Positions 8,990 through 19,310 are shown, counted from the stretch's first letter. The stretch is DNA of 64,000 bases from Minisyncoccota bacterium (GCA_041658985.1 JBAZZC010000001.1:65813-129812); one strand, 5' to 3'. Made by a program: numbers and translations. The notes: generated by a model from the sequence alone, not told the origin.

Positions 8990-9442
8990 ATGGAAAAATT
9001 AATATGTAGTAAATGTAAGCTCTTAAAATCGGTAGGAGATTTTAATTATAAATTTAAATCAAAGGGAATCTACCAGCGCCAATGCAAGATTTGTACAAGA
9101 AATAACGTTAAAAATCACTATATTAATAATAAAAAATACTATCTTGATAAATCACGAAAGAGAAATTTGAAGCTAAGAACAGAGATAAATGAGTATTTAT
9201 TAAACTATTTTAAGAATCACAATTGTATAGACTGTGGTGAATCGGACCCAGTAGTGTTAGAATTTGATCACAGAGATCGAGAACAAAAAGACATGTCTGT
9301 TTCCAGTTTTATGAAGGCAATGAGATTAGATAGGGTAAAAAACGAAATTGAGAAATGTGATGTACGTTGTGCCAATTGCCACAGAAAGAAAACGGCAAAA
9401 CAATTTAATTGGTTTAAATTAATTAATACAAAAAATGAATAA
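8990..9442 (+). CDS. HNH endonuclease-like zinc-binding protein
   Basis: CxxC pairs, CIDCGESDPVVLEFDH...CDVRCANCHRKKT. Confidence 0.8.
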   Translation: MEKLICSKCKLLKSVGDFNYKFKSKGIYQRQCKICTRNNVKNHYINNKKYYLDKSRKRNLKLRTEINEYLLNYFKNHNCIDCGESDPVVLEFDHRDREQKDMSVSSFMKAMRLDRVKNEIEKCDVRCANCHRKKTAKQFNWFKLINTKNE

Positions 9443-11048
9443 TTTCTCAATCCCAAAAGAAGTTACACATGTAACACAAACGCTAGAAAAAGCTGGTTTT
9501 GAGGCTTTTCTTGTGGGTGGGTGTGTTAGAGATTTAATAAGACAGCAATTGGAAATTGGTCAGATGGATGCAATTCAAGGCGGAAATAGAAATAGACGAG
9601 GAGGCGTACATGGGTACGGTGACGAGAATATTTCTATTTCCAACGCAGAAGTGCGCCATATGCCCAATTTTCAACCAAAAGATTGGGATGTAGCGACTAA
9701 TGCCAAGCCAGATGAAATTATAGCCTTATTTAGCAAGACTTTTTATGAAAACGAATTTGGTACAGTTGGGGTTGTAAACGAGCAAACAGACAATGAGACA
9801 CTAAAAGTGATTGAGGTAACTCCATATCGCATAGAATCAAAATATTCTGACGGAAGACACCCGGATAGTGTTGTTTTTAGCCAAAAAATTGATGACGACC
9901 TAAAAAGACGTGACTTTACAATCAATTCTCTGGCCTATTCTGTTTCTGCCTCATCAGCAGACGGGTCACAGGGAACAATTGTTGATTTATACGATGGCCA
10001 GAAAGATATACAAAACAAGGTCTTACGCACAGTGGGTGAGCCAGTAGACCGTTTCACAGAGGATGGTCTACGTATTTTGAGAGCAATAAGACTAAGTACA
10101 GAACTTGGATTTGAAATAGACCCAGATACGGAAAAGGCTATATTTGAGAATTCAAACCTCTTGGAAAACATATCCATGGAACGCATTAGGGATGAATTTA
10201 CAAGGATAATTATGTCAGAGAAACCAATGGACGGCCTACTTGCTATGAAAAAGTTGGGAATTATGAAGTATGTAGTTCCAGAACTTGAAGAAACCTATGG
10301 GGTTGAACAAAACCAAGCCCACGCCTACGACGTCTGGGAACATCTACTTCGTTCTGTACAACATTCAGCCGATAAAAATTTTCCTCTGGAAATTCGTTTG
10401 GCGGCTCTATTACACGATATTTCTAAGCCAGAGAATCGTCGTAGAAGCAAGGACAAAGACAAGTGGACTTTCTATGGCCACGAAGTTGTCGGGGCAAAAA
10501 CAGCAAAAAAAATCCTAACAAATCTAAAATATTCAACAAAAATAATTGAAAAAACTGTAATTCTCGTCAGGTGGCACATGTTCTTCTCCGACACAGAGCA
10601 AATTTCGCTCTCTGCGGTCCGTAGAATGATTGTAAATGTTGGAAGCTCTTCCATATGGGATTTGATGAATGTGCGCATCTGCGACCGTATAGGCACTGGT
10701 AGGCCTAAGGAAGACCCATATCGTCTGCGTAAATACCACGCAATGATAGAAGAAGCCCTTCGAGACCCAATTTCTGTTGGAATGTTAAAAATTGATGGTA
10801 AAGGATTAATGGATGTTACACATGTAACACCAGGGCCAAAGATTGGTTTTACTTTACATGCACTTCTTGAAGAGGTTTTAGAAGACCCAAAGAAAAATAC
10901 AGCTGAATATCTAGAAAAAAGGGCCAGTGAGCTTATTTTACTTCCTGAAAATGAATTAAGGGCACTCGGAGAACAAGGAAAGATGTCAAAGGAAGAAGCA
11001 GATGAGGAGGAAATCAAAAAGATAAGAGGAAAACACTACGTAAAATAG
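9435..11048 (+). CDS. cca: CCA-adding tRNA nucleotidyltransferase (HD domain)
   Basis: VGGCVRD, DWDVAT, DDLKRRDFTIN, RFTEDGLRILRA, LLHDI. Confidence 0.95.
   Translation: MNNFSIPKEVTHVTQTLEKAGFEAFLVGGCVRDLIRQQLEIGQMDAIQGGNRNRRGGVHGYGDENISISNAEVRHMPNFQPKDWDVATNAKPDEIIALFSKTFYENEFGTVGVVNEQTDNETLKVIEVTPYRIESKYSDGRHPDSVVFSQKIDDDLKRRDFTINSLAYSVSASSADGSQGTIVDLYDGQKDIQNKVLRTVGEPVDRFTEDGLRILRAIRLSTELGFEIDPDTEKAIFENSNLLENISMERIRDEFTRIIMSEKPMDGLLAMKKLGIMKYVVPELEETYGVEQNQAHAYDVWEHLLRSVQHSADKNFPLEIRLAALLHDISKPENRRRSKDKDKWTFYGHEVVGAKTAKKILTNLKYSTKIIEKTVILVRWHMFFSDTEQISLSAVRRMIVNVGSSSIWDLMNVRICDRIGTGRPKEDPYRLRKYHAMIEEALRDPISVGMLKIDGKGLMDVTHVTPGPKIGFTLHALLEEVLEDPKKNTAEYLEKRASELILLPENELRALGEQGKMSKEEADEEEIKKIRGKHYVK
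9461..9476. promoter_or_regulatory. parS-like site inside cca
   Basis: AGTTACACATGTAACA. Confidence 0.45.
9549..9674 (+). mobile_element. 126-bp palindromic in-frame insertion in cca
   Basis: TTGGAAATTGG/CCAATTTTCAA and GGAAATAGAAATA/TATTTCTATTTCC stems; adds about 42 aa between GGCVRD and KDWD. Confidence 0.8.
10814..10829. promoter_or_regulatory. parS-like site inside cca
   Basis: TGTTACACATGTAACA. Confidence 0.5.
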
Positions 11049-11238
11049 CATTTTTGAGACACGTATAAATCGTTGGTACAATTTTACTATGCTCGTCAAT
11101 CAAGAAAACAATCTTCCTCGACACTGGCACTTTCGCAAACTCGTCGCTTCGCTCCTCAAACAATGCTTCGTGCTGGCGTGCCTCGTCGTTGTTTTCTAAT
11201 TGACTGTGCAATGTCTTAAAAATGCTATTTTACGTAGT
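11035..11238 (+). repeat. family A palindromic element copy 2, overlapping the cca 3' end
   Basis: Same core as 3332; outer inverted repeat ACTACGTAAAATAGCATTTTT / AAAAATGCTATTTTACGTAGT. Confidence 0.9.
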
Positions 11239-11256
11239 AATAAAGAAAGGTGGAAA

Positions 11257-11542
11257 ATAAAAAACCGCCCAATAACCAGGGACCATTGCTACTCAATAGT
11301 CACTAATGATTGGGCGGTTGGGGAGAAGAGTCATCCAGCTATCCAAATAAGCCAGTTATAATAACGAAGCTCAAAATATAGTAGATAGTTGTAGGTTCGA
11401 TTAAGGCTGGACCTACCGAAAACCAGATGGTCTTCTAAAGAGAGGAGTCGCGAACTCCAAAAAAGAAATGCATTTCAAAACAAGGAACAAATTTTTGTAG
11501 AAATTCCGTCCGACGAGATATCGGACATCCAATCTACGTCTG
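11257..11542 (-). ncRNA. candidate small RNA of about 280 nt
   Basis: TTTACA(11571-76)-17 bp-TAAACT promoter, no ORF of note, AACCGCCCAAT/ATTGGGCGGTT terminator followed by a U-tract. Confidence 0.4.
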
Positions 11543-11755
11543 ATATAAGTTTATATTTTTTTAAAAGACATGTAAAGGACATTCCTAATCAAAAGGTGGA
11601 TAACTCCAAAACAAAATATTTTTAAAGTCCAATGTCAAGTTAATTGTGCCTTATTTTTCTAAAGAAAAAGCCGGGTCGTAAAACTCGGCTACCCTTGACC
11701 TCCAGGGTGAGGAGCTCTCTTTTGTGGAGAAGAGCAGGAATCCATGAGTACGATA

Positions 11756-12397
11756 TCACGTGGCAGAAGTCACTTTTGGGATAAAGTCTTGGAGGATTTG
11801 CCCCCAATTCTTTCCCCAAATCTTCTGCTCACCATCAACACCAACCTCGATATGACCAACTCGGTTAGTGCAAACAACTCGCACACCGTTGTTTTCTGTG
11901 CTTGACCGCTTGAAGCAATCAAACATAGCAGCGGCTGGATGGTCGTGATGATTCATGTCCGTCACCACCGCCACGTTCTTGACCCCGACAGACAGAGCCA
12001 GGAGAGCGATAGTTGTTCCGAGGGGCATCTCTTGCCCGACAAACCTTTCGCCTCTTGGTCCCTGCTGTCGCTTTGATGCTGGGACCATAAGATCGGTCAT
12101 CACAACATCAAAGTTGGCCTGCTTTTCCAGTTCCTTTGGAAGAACTGTGTACAACAGGTTATAGTACCTGTGAGAATCCTCTTCGGAAGTACCTCGTCCG
12201 GGGTAGAAATCACCCGGAAAACCAGCCTCCACAAGAAGCCGACGCAGAGTCCTTTTTCCAGCCTCGCAGTTCTCAGTCGGTGCCAGGGCGTCCTGCGCAT
12301 CGTCGTATGTCCCAACAATGGTCAACTCGTGACCAGCGAGGGAAATAGTGGCCGAGGTACGGTTGGCTTCGGTGTCATCAAATACTAGGATTTTCAT
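11756..12397 (-). CDS. receiver (CheY)-like protein with insertion (GC-rich cassette)
   Basis: MKILVFDD...FDVVMTDLMVP; SD GAAGGAGAG; TTGACA at 12499-12504 on the minus strand. Confidence 0.6.
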   Translation of the reverse strand: MKILVFDDTEANRTSATISLAGHELTIVGTYDDAQDALAPTENCEAGKRTLRRLLVEAGFPGDFYPGRGTSEEDSHRYYNLLYTVLPKELEKQANFDVVMTDLMVPASKRQQGPRGERFVGQEMPLGTTIALLALSVGVKNVAVVTDMNHHDHPAAAMFDCFKRSSTENNGVRVVCTNRVGHIEVGVDGEQKIWGKNWGQILQDFIPKVTSAT

Positions 12398-12599
12398 GGC
12401 TCTCTCCTTCTCAAAAAACTGTCTACGAGATGTCTCACTCCATCATAGAGAAGAGTACATTCGTAATCTGACATAAGCTTAGCATAAGTTAATGTTTGTG
12501 TCAAGCATTTATTACAGAAATATGGCCAAAATAAAAGACCAAATAAATATTGTCGGGACAGCTTGACACAAATATACCTTTGGAATATAATGGGTTTGT

Positions 12600-13388
12600 A
12601 TGAAAAATAATATAAATGTGGACCAAGAAAACCTTCAAGAATCGTTAATTAAATCTGGCCTGTCTGAAAATGAAAGTAAGGTATTTTTGGTATTATTAGA
12701 ACTTGGCCGTGGAACGGTAACACAAATCATGAGAAAAGCTGGGCTAAACAGAACAACAGGATATGATGTTTTAGATAATTTGGTCAGAAAAGATCTCGCT
12801 AGTATTTCTGGTAAGGAACCAAAGGAGGAATATCTGGCCGAATCTCCAGATAAACTTGTTTTATTGATTGAAAAAGAAATAAATGAAAAAAATACACGAC
12901 TTCAAAATATTAAAAAGTTGCTACCAGAAATGAAATCTATTCATAATATAGCTGGAAGACCGAAAGTAAGATTCTACGAGGGGATAGATGGTTTGAAAGA
13001 TGTTTATGAAGACACCTTAACTTCCCACGAAGAGATAAGGGCATATGCAACTGTTGATGATATGCACATGACTATGCCTTCATACTTTTCTACATATTAC
13101 AAAAGAAGAGTAGAAAAAAATATTTCCATCAGAGCAATTATGCCGTCTACCCCCACAGTAAAAGCACGAGCAAGTAGAGACTTAGAGGAAAAAAGACAAT
13201 CTAAACTCATTCCAGTTGATAAATATTATTTTTCTCCAGAAATAAACATTTACGACAACAAAGTAATGATTGCCTCGTGGCGCGAAAAACTCGGGATTAT
13301 TATTGAAAGTGCAGAAATCGCAGATGCAATGAAAAAAACTTATGAGCTAGCGTGGATTGGTGCTGAAGAGGAAAGTAAAAAATTATAA
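12600..13388 (+). CDS. TrmB family transcriptional regulator
   Basis: GLSENE.KV.L.LLELG wHTH, RTT.Y..L..L, P.VRFYEG.DG, EINIYDNKV. Confidence 0.88.
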   Translation: MKNNINVDQENLQESLIKSGLSENESKVFLVLLELGRGTVTQIMRKAGLNRTTGYDVLDNLVRKDLASISGKEPKEEYLAESPDKLVLLIEKEINEKNTRLQNIKKLLPEMKSIHNIAGRPKVRFYEGIDGLKDVYEDTLTSHEEIRAYATVDDMHMTMPSYFSTYYKRRVEKNISIRAIMPSTPTVKARASRDLEEKRQSKLIPVDKYYFSPEINIYDNKVMIASWREKLGIIIESAEIADAMKKTYELAWIGAEEESKKL

Positions 13389-13423
13389 TATCTCCAATAG
13401 AATAGGGCAGTGGCTAGAACTTA

Positions 13424-16400
13424 TTACTTAATGTCCAGACCGTTATCTTTGATAATCTGTTGAATCTCTGGATCTTGAAGAATGTCTCTATGAATTTTAA
13501 ACGTATTAAGTATTTTCTCAACAGCAGGAATCTCTTTGCGAGAAAGCCGTATGATTATTCCCGCTCTGCCTGCACTCTTAACCTCTGGACTCTCTATAAC
13601 CTCTTCTGAAACAGAGAATTCGTCCACCATTCTCTTTGCCTCTCTAACATGACCCTGGGAAAGTGCACCTACTATTCCCTTTTTGGTGGCCTCTTTAATT
13701 TCTGGGGTTTGTAAAAATTCTTTTGGAACTTTAAACATCTCGAGTATTTTCACTGCATTTTTTATGTGTCCAGCGGATATATATGCAACAACTCGACGAG
13801 TTACATATTTTTTAATTTCCGGGTCTTGTATAGCTTCCTCAGAGACTCCAAGTCGGGTGACAACATCTTCGATTCTTTCATCATTCCCTTCTGACGGATA
13901 CTGACTAATCGCTTTTTGAACTGCTTTGTGAACTGATTCTTGTGGAATTTTAAACCTTTCAACCATTGTACCTACAAAAACCAAATCATACCATTTAAAT
14001 GAAAGTTTGGTATCCATCACGGTTACTGCTTCTCTTTGAATTTCTGTGTCTTGAAAGATTTCGTCTGAAATACCCAGCTTATCAACTGCTACAGATATCC
14101 AACCCATATCAACATGAAGATTGCTGATGATAAGCTCTTTAATTATTTTATCAGTATCTTCTTTCGAAACACCAAATGATTTTACTACGTCCTGACCAGT
14201 AGGAAATTCTTTTTGAGCAAAAAACAACTTAATGAGTTCTCCAGCAGCCCCTTGAACCTTGGGACCGCGCATAAATTCTTCTGAAACTTTGAACATATCG
14301 GCTAGTTTTCTAGCACTAACCGGGCTTTTTCTAGTGAGAGACAAACGCTGAATAATCTCTTCCTGAACCGCTTCCTGCACTTCTGGACTCTGTAACGTTT
14401 CTTCAGAAATCTTAATTACACTGACTAATAATTTAATGCTCTCATCAAAATCGTGTACAGAAGATAAGCGAGAATCAACATTTAGCTGCCTAATAATCCA
14501 ACTCTTGACTGATTCCTGTATCTCGGGACTCTGCAACACTTCTTGCGAGACCTTAAACTGTTTTACTGTTTTTATAGCTTGATCAATATTACCACTAGAT
14601 AAATCCTTAATTATCTTCCTCTTGGCAACTTCTTGAATTTCCGGACTACTTAAAATACTGTCTGGCAACTGAAAATTATCAATTAATATTTGGAGTTTGA
14701 TGTTATTTCCCGAGGAATCGCATGAAATAATGGCATTTTTGACTATTTCATAAACAACACTCTCTTGAACTTTAAATACTCTTATTACCTCCTTTGCCCT
14801 ATCGAAAGATACCTCTGATAAACTCTGGCTAATGACCTTTCTAGCATGTTCCTGAATTTGATTATTTTGAAGTATCACATCTGAAACTTCCATATCACGA
14901 AGCAATGCTACGGTTTTGACACGAAGCTCAGAAGAAGAACAGCCCAAGATATATTTTTTAATTATGGCGTCCTTGGCCTCCTGAGGAACCCTAAATGCCT
15001 TTATTAGTTCTTTGGCAACAAGGAATTTATCAAAAAGTAGATTTTTTGTGATTTTATCCCTAACAGCTTCTTGAATCTTTGGACTATGTAACACTTCATC
15101 TGAAACATCTAGATTACTAAAAATACTTTCGAAGGTACTAAAACTAGTCTCTGAAGAAAGTTTATCTAAAATAAGTGTATTAATGGCTTCTTGAATTTTC
15201 GGATTTTGAGCAACATTCATTCCAAATAGTTTTATCACCTGCCCAGCTTCTACCACACGACCATTTCGAATGAGGTTAAAAGCACAATAAGTAGTAGCTT
15301 CTTGGATTTCTGGGCTTTGTAAAATATCATTTGAAACTTTAAACTTTTCAAATATAAAACTCACATTGTCTACAAGCCACCGGTCAGACAACATCTTTAA
15401 AACAAATGGTTTGACAGCTTCTTGAACTACTGGGTCTTGCAAGATTTCATCTGAAATATTATACAAAACAATTATATTTTTAATTTCAAAACAATTACTG
15501 TATGATAACATATCTATCAATCCTAATTTAACGATTTTTTGAAATTCAGAAGTCTGAAAGAACTCTATTGGAACAGTAAAACGCTTTTGTATTTCAATAG
15601 CCCTAGAATCACGACTTTTTGTAAAACTGTGTATAATCGCTCGCTTAGCAACTTCTTGAACTATCTCTTCTGAAAGATTTAAATTTTTTATTTTTCTAAT
15701 AGCACTATCTGTTTCACCCTCAGCCAATAAATCGACAATTTCATCAATTCTTTTTTTGTTTTCTATAAAAAACTCCTCAAGTTCCCTCCTTTTCTTTATT
15801 TTTTCGGCAATGTTTGGAAATGATTCTTCTAGTTTAAATAGCTTTACAAGAAAAATCTCTCTCTCACCCTCTTTTTCATTTGATAATTGATCTTTAATGT
15901 GCCTTTCAATCATGCTTCTGCAGTAATTCTTAAAACCAGCTCCTGATTCCTTGGACAAGCTAAGTTTGTGCATGAGAGAAGACACTAAACCCTCTTTTTC
16001 ACCCTCACAAAGCTTAGAAACAATTGAAAAAAATTCCTCATATTGACCTGACATTTTTTTACCAGATTCTAAAAATGTTCTGAGTGAAAAAAAGACCGTC
16101 TGACGAGCATCATCATCTCCCAGATCTTTCAAATATCTCGTATCACCCTCACTTGCAAAATATGATGCAAGAGCTATTAATTCTGCTTCAGATAGGTTTT
16201 CTTTTTTTGTTTTATTTATACTAAGTGCTTTAGAAATTTTTGAAAAAGCAGGATTTTTTTGTCTACTTTTTAATTTTATAAATGGAAATAATTTATCCAA
16301 AAATACGTCCAACCCTCCTAAATAATCACAAGCAATTACAATTCTTTCACTATCCTGATTAGTAATTGATATATCTAATATATTATTACTTGTAAGTAGA

Positions 16401-17524
16401 GAAGAGATTGTTTCAAGTTCAGTCTTATTATTAGACAACACAGCGTTTTCTATATTTCTTGCCAAGATTTTACCAAAGTCTACATCATTTAAATATCCTT
16501 TTTTATGCAAATCTATCGCAGATTTAAAATGATGTACAGCTTCACCAGAAGATTTTTTTACATCTTCAAAGTATGAGAGAATTTTACTAATTGCACTTTT
16601 TAATCTTATTTGAAGTCTTACCCGAAAAGATTCTCCTTGAGAATTACCACCAAACTTATCGTATGTTTGAATAATTTTTCCAACCTCTTCTATTTCTTTA
16701 CAGACAGATTCAGGATCCCAGTCATTACCTCCTAATAAAACAGACTCCCTAGCAAATACTGTCATTATTTTTTTGAGATTAGATAAATCTTTTTCTGTTT
16801 CTTCTCTTTCTTTTTCTAATCCTGCCTCTTGACCACTTCTTATTTCTTCAGTTTTTTTCTCTTCTATCCACACATCTTCTAATAAAGGAGATAACCTCAC
16901 CAATACCAATTTTCGCCCAGATATTTGGTTTGTTATCTCATATAATTCAGACGCATGAACAACCGACTCAGACGCACCTTGGGGAATATCCAATCCACTC
17001 AATTGAAGTGAGGTGATTTCTTCTGGAGAAATTTGTCCATCCTGAAGAATTTTTATTAATTCCTCATTTGAATGAATAAGATGTTCTAACCTTTCTTCTA
17101 ATACCTTGCGAGAAATTTGGACTATTTTTTTTGCTTCTTTTGGATCACTAAGTTTTTTAGTAATGTTGTCTATTTCTTTTTTTATCTCTTGTTGAACACT
17201 TTGCCAAATAGAGACATCTTTAGAGATATTTTCCTCAATTTCTTTTTTCTTTCCTTCTAACTCCGCAACTTCTCTTGTAATTGTTTCATAAAGAGCCTTG
17301 GCCTTTTCTACTGCAGGAGCAGTGGCTTCAGTGATTTTATTCGCCTCGGCAAAAAGACCACGAAGCTCGTCTGCTTGTCTACCAATTTGAGTAGCAAGAT
17401 AATTAATATTCTCTATATCAGTTGCTGGTTTTGATTCCGTGTCTGGATCTGGCACAAGGCTTAAAGGTGTGTTTGTGGGTAATGTTGGTTGTTCACTATT
17501 TGGATCGGTTTTCATCTTTATCAT
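13424..17524 (-). CDS. large helical-repeat protein with N-terminal coiled coil
   Basis: 1366-aa ORF; many roughly 37-aa repeats of the form F.vs.E.lqSPEIQEAvk. Confidence 0.8.
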   Translation of the reverse strand: MIKMKTDPNSEQPTLPTNTPLSLVPDPDTESKPATDIENINYLATQIGRQADELRGLFAEANKITEATAPAVEKAKALYETITREVAELEGKKKEIEENISKDVSIWQSVQQEIKKEIDNITKKLSDPKEAKKIVQISRKVLEERLEHLIHSNEELIKILQDGQISPEEITSLQLSGLDIPQGASESVVHASELYEITNQISGRKLVLVRLSPLLEDVWIEEKKTEEIRSGQEAGLEKEREETEKDLSNLKKIMTVFARESVLLGGNDWDPESVCKEIEEVGKIIQTYDKFGGNSQGESFRVRLQIRLKSAISKILSYFEDVKKSSGEAVHHFKSAIDLHKKGYLNDVDFGKILARNIENAVLSNNKTELETISSLLTSNNILDISITNQDSERIVIACDYLGGLDVFLDKLFPFIKLKSRQKNPAFSKISKALSINKTKKENLSEAELIALASYFASEGDTRYLKDLGDDDARQTVFFSLRTFLESGKKMSGQYEEFFSIVSKLCEGEKEGLVSSLMHKLSLSKESGAGFKNYCRSMIERHIKDQLSNEKEGEREIFLVKLFKLEESFPNIAEKIKKRRELEEFFIENKKRIDEIVDLLAEGETDSAIRKIKNLNLSEEIVQEVAKRAIIHSFTKSRDSRAIEIQKRFTVPIEFFQTSEFQKIVKLGLIDMLSYSNCFEIKNIIVLYNISDEILQDPVVQEAVKPFVLKMLSDRWLVDNVSFIFEKFKVSNDILQSPEIQEATTYCAFNLIRNGRVVEAGQVIKLFGMNVAQNPKIQEAINTLILDKLSSETSFSTFESIFSNLDVSDEVLHSPKIQEAVRDKITKNLLFDKFLVAKELIKAFRVPQEAKDAIIKKYILGCSSSELRVKTVALLRDMEVSDVILQNNQIQEHARKVISQSLSEVSFDRAKEVIRVFKVQESVVYEIVKNAIISCDSSGNNIKLQILIDNFQLPDSILSSPEIQEVAKRKIIKDLSSGNIDQAIKTVKQFKVSQEVLQSPEIQESVKSWIIRQLNVDSRLSSVHDFDESIKLLVSVIKISEETLQSPEVQEAVQEEIIQRLSLTRKSPVSARKLADMFKVSEEFMRGPKVQGAAGELIKLFFAQKEFPTGQDVVKSFGVSKEDTDKIIKELIISNLHVDMGWISVAVDKLGISDEIFQDTEIQREAVTVMDTKLSFKWYDLVFVGTMVERFKIPQESVHKAVQKAISQYPSEGNDERIEDVVTRLGVSEEAIQDPEIKKYVTRRVVAYISAGHIKNAVKILEMFKVPKEFLQTPEIKEATKKGIVGALSQGHVREAKRMVDEFSVSEEVIESPEVKSAGRAGIIIRLSRKEIPAVEKILNTFKIHRDILQDPEIQQIIKDNGLDIK

Positions 17525-17539
17525 TCTACCACCACTTAA

Positions 17540-18337
17540 TTATAATCCAATTTCTATTTGTATTGGACAATGGTCGGAACCGAGAATATCTGCCAAAATG
17601 CGAGAGCTTTTTATTTTTGGTAACAAACCCTTACTTGCGAAGAAGTAGTCAATGCGCCAACCGACATTGTTTGCACGAGCATTGGCCCACGGAGCCCACC
17701 AGGTGTAATGGCCCTTGCCTTTTGTAAACTCTCGAAAGGTATCAACAAATCCGGCTGATATCATTTTGTCCATACCAATTCTTTCTTCTTTTGTGTATCC
17801 ATGCTTACCTTCGTTTGGTTTGGGGTTGGCCAAGTCATCTTCTGTGTGTGCTACATTCATGTCCCCACAAAAGACAACTGACTTGGTTTTTTGGAGACTT
17901 CCAACATACTCTAAAAAAGCTGGGTCCCACTGCTTGTAACGAAGGGGGAGACGACTTAAATCCTCTTTAGAATTTGGTGTATAAACATTTACAACGTATA
18001 GGTCCTTAAATTCGGCTGTTATAACACGTCCTTCCGTGTTTGGATTGCCATAACCGTCGTCTTTTATTTTATATTTCTTGCAGATTTCTTCTGAAAACCC
18101 TAGCACCACACTAATTGGTTTCTCTTTTGTAAAAATTGCAGTTCCAGCATAACCAGCCTTTTCTGCTGAGTTCCAGTATTCCTCATATTCCGGCAAGTCA
18201 ACTTCACTTTGATGTTGTTTTGCTTTGGTTTCTTGCAAACAAATAACATCTGGCTTGTATTTTTCTACAAAAGGCACAAAAAGCCCTTTGTTATGTACTG
18301 CTCTAATTCCATTTACGTTCCAAGAAATAATTTTCAT
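17540..18337 (-). CDS. xth: exodeoxyribonuclease III
   Basis: SWNVNGIRA, CLQETK, GDMNVAH, GWRIDY, GSDHCP. Confidence 0.96.
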   Translation of the reverse strand: MKIISWNVNGIRAVHNKGLFVPFVEKYKPDVICLQETKAKQHQSEVDLPEYEEYWNSAEKAGYAGTAIFTKEKPISVVLGFSEEICKKYKIKDDGYGNPNTEGRVITAEFKDLYVVNVYTPNSKEDLSRLPLRYKQWDPAFLEYVGSLQKTKSVVFCGDMNVAHTEDDLANPKPNEGKHGYTKEERIGMDKMISAGFVDTFREFTKGKGHYTWWAPWANARANNVGWRIDYFFASKGLLPKIKSSRILADILGSDHCPIQIEIGL

Positions 18338-18382
18338 ACAAGAATTTTAACATTTTGATAAGATAACTGCTATAATTTATAT

Positions 18383-19153
18383 ATGATAAATTTTACTAAC
18401 AATCAAATAGAGCCTTTACTTGAACTTGGCCTAACAAAAATTCAAAGCTTAATATATCTGACCCTACTCAATAATGGGATCATGTCCATACTAGAAATAT
18501 CTAAGGTGGTCAGAATAAATCGTCAGCAGATATATCAAAATTCAGAAATCCTACTAAGTCTTGGTTTTATCGAAATGGCCAGGAAAAACAAAAGGAAGTA
18601 TATTGCCTGTAATCCAAACAAATTATTAAGAATAGGAAGAGAAAAAATAACCAACGCAGAAAGTATTTTCGAAAACATAAAAAGTTCACTGCCATTATAT
18701 GAATCAATGGTACCAGAAGAAAAGTGGGGAGTTACAATTAAATATTATGATGGACTAAATAAGGTAAAAGAAGCTTATGAAGAAGAGCTAGATAACTGTA
18801 AAGAAGTTGAAGTATTGTCTCTGGTAGGTTCGGTTGAAGACATTTATAAATTTTTTCCTGAATCATACTGGAAAAAATGGAATAAAAAATTTAAAGATCA
18901 AAAATCATCAAGCCGGATGCTCGTACATAAATCAGAGAGTGCAAAAGAAAGTTCTTTTTTTGATAAAGAATACAACAGAGAAACACGATATCTAGAAGTT
19001 TTTCCTCTTAAAATAAACATTGATATATTTAACGATAAACTCTTGTTAGTCTCTTTCTATGACAAAACAGCGATTTGGATTGAAAGTAGGGTTATATCAG
19101 ATTCATACAGAATAATGTTTGAGACACTTTGGTCAAACAGCAAAAATTTCTAG
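18383..19153 (+). CDS. TrmB family transcriptional regulator
   Basis: LGLT..Q..IY..LL..G wHTH; C-terminal IDIFNDK motif as in paralogs. Confidence 0.8.
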   Translation: MINFTNNQIEPLLELGLTKIQSLIYLTLLNNGIMSILEISKVVRINRQQIYQNSEILLSLGFIEMARKNKRKYIACNPNKLLRIGREKITNAESIFENIKSSLPLYESMVPEEKWGVTIKYYDGLNKVKEAYEEELDNCKEVEVLSLVGSVEDIYKFFPESYWKKWNKKFKDQKSSSRMLVHKSESAKESSFFDKEYNRETRYLEVFPLKINIDIFNDKLLLVSFYDKTAIWIESRVISDSYRIMFETLWSNSKNF

Positions 19154-19310
19154 TTTTGTTGTATTTAGTCACACAACACAAATAAATGAAATCGCAGCCA
19201 GAAATAAGTGCCGTTTTGTATTTATAATTATTTAGTGTCTATTGTGTATTAAATAATCATACACTACCATATACTTATGAACGGAAATTATTCCAAGAAA
19301 GGGGGAGGCA

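Noticed and set aside
11014-11211. Similar minus-strand ORFs at 11014-11211 and 34225-34440 as a small protein family
   Set aside because: They are translations of the family A repeat.
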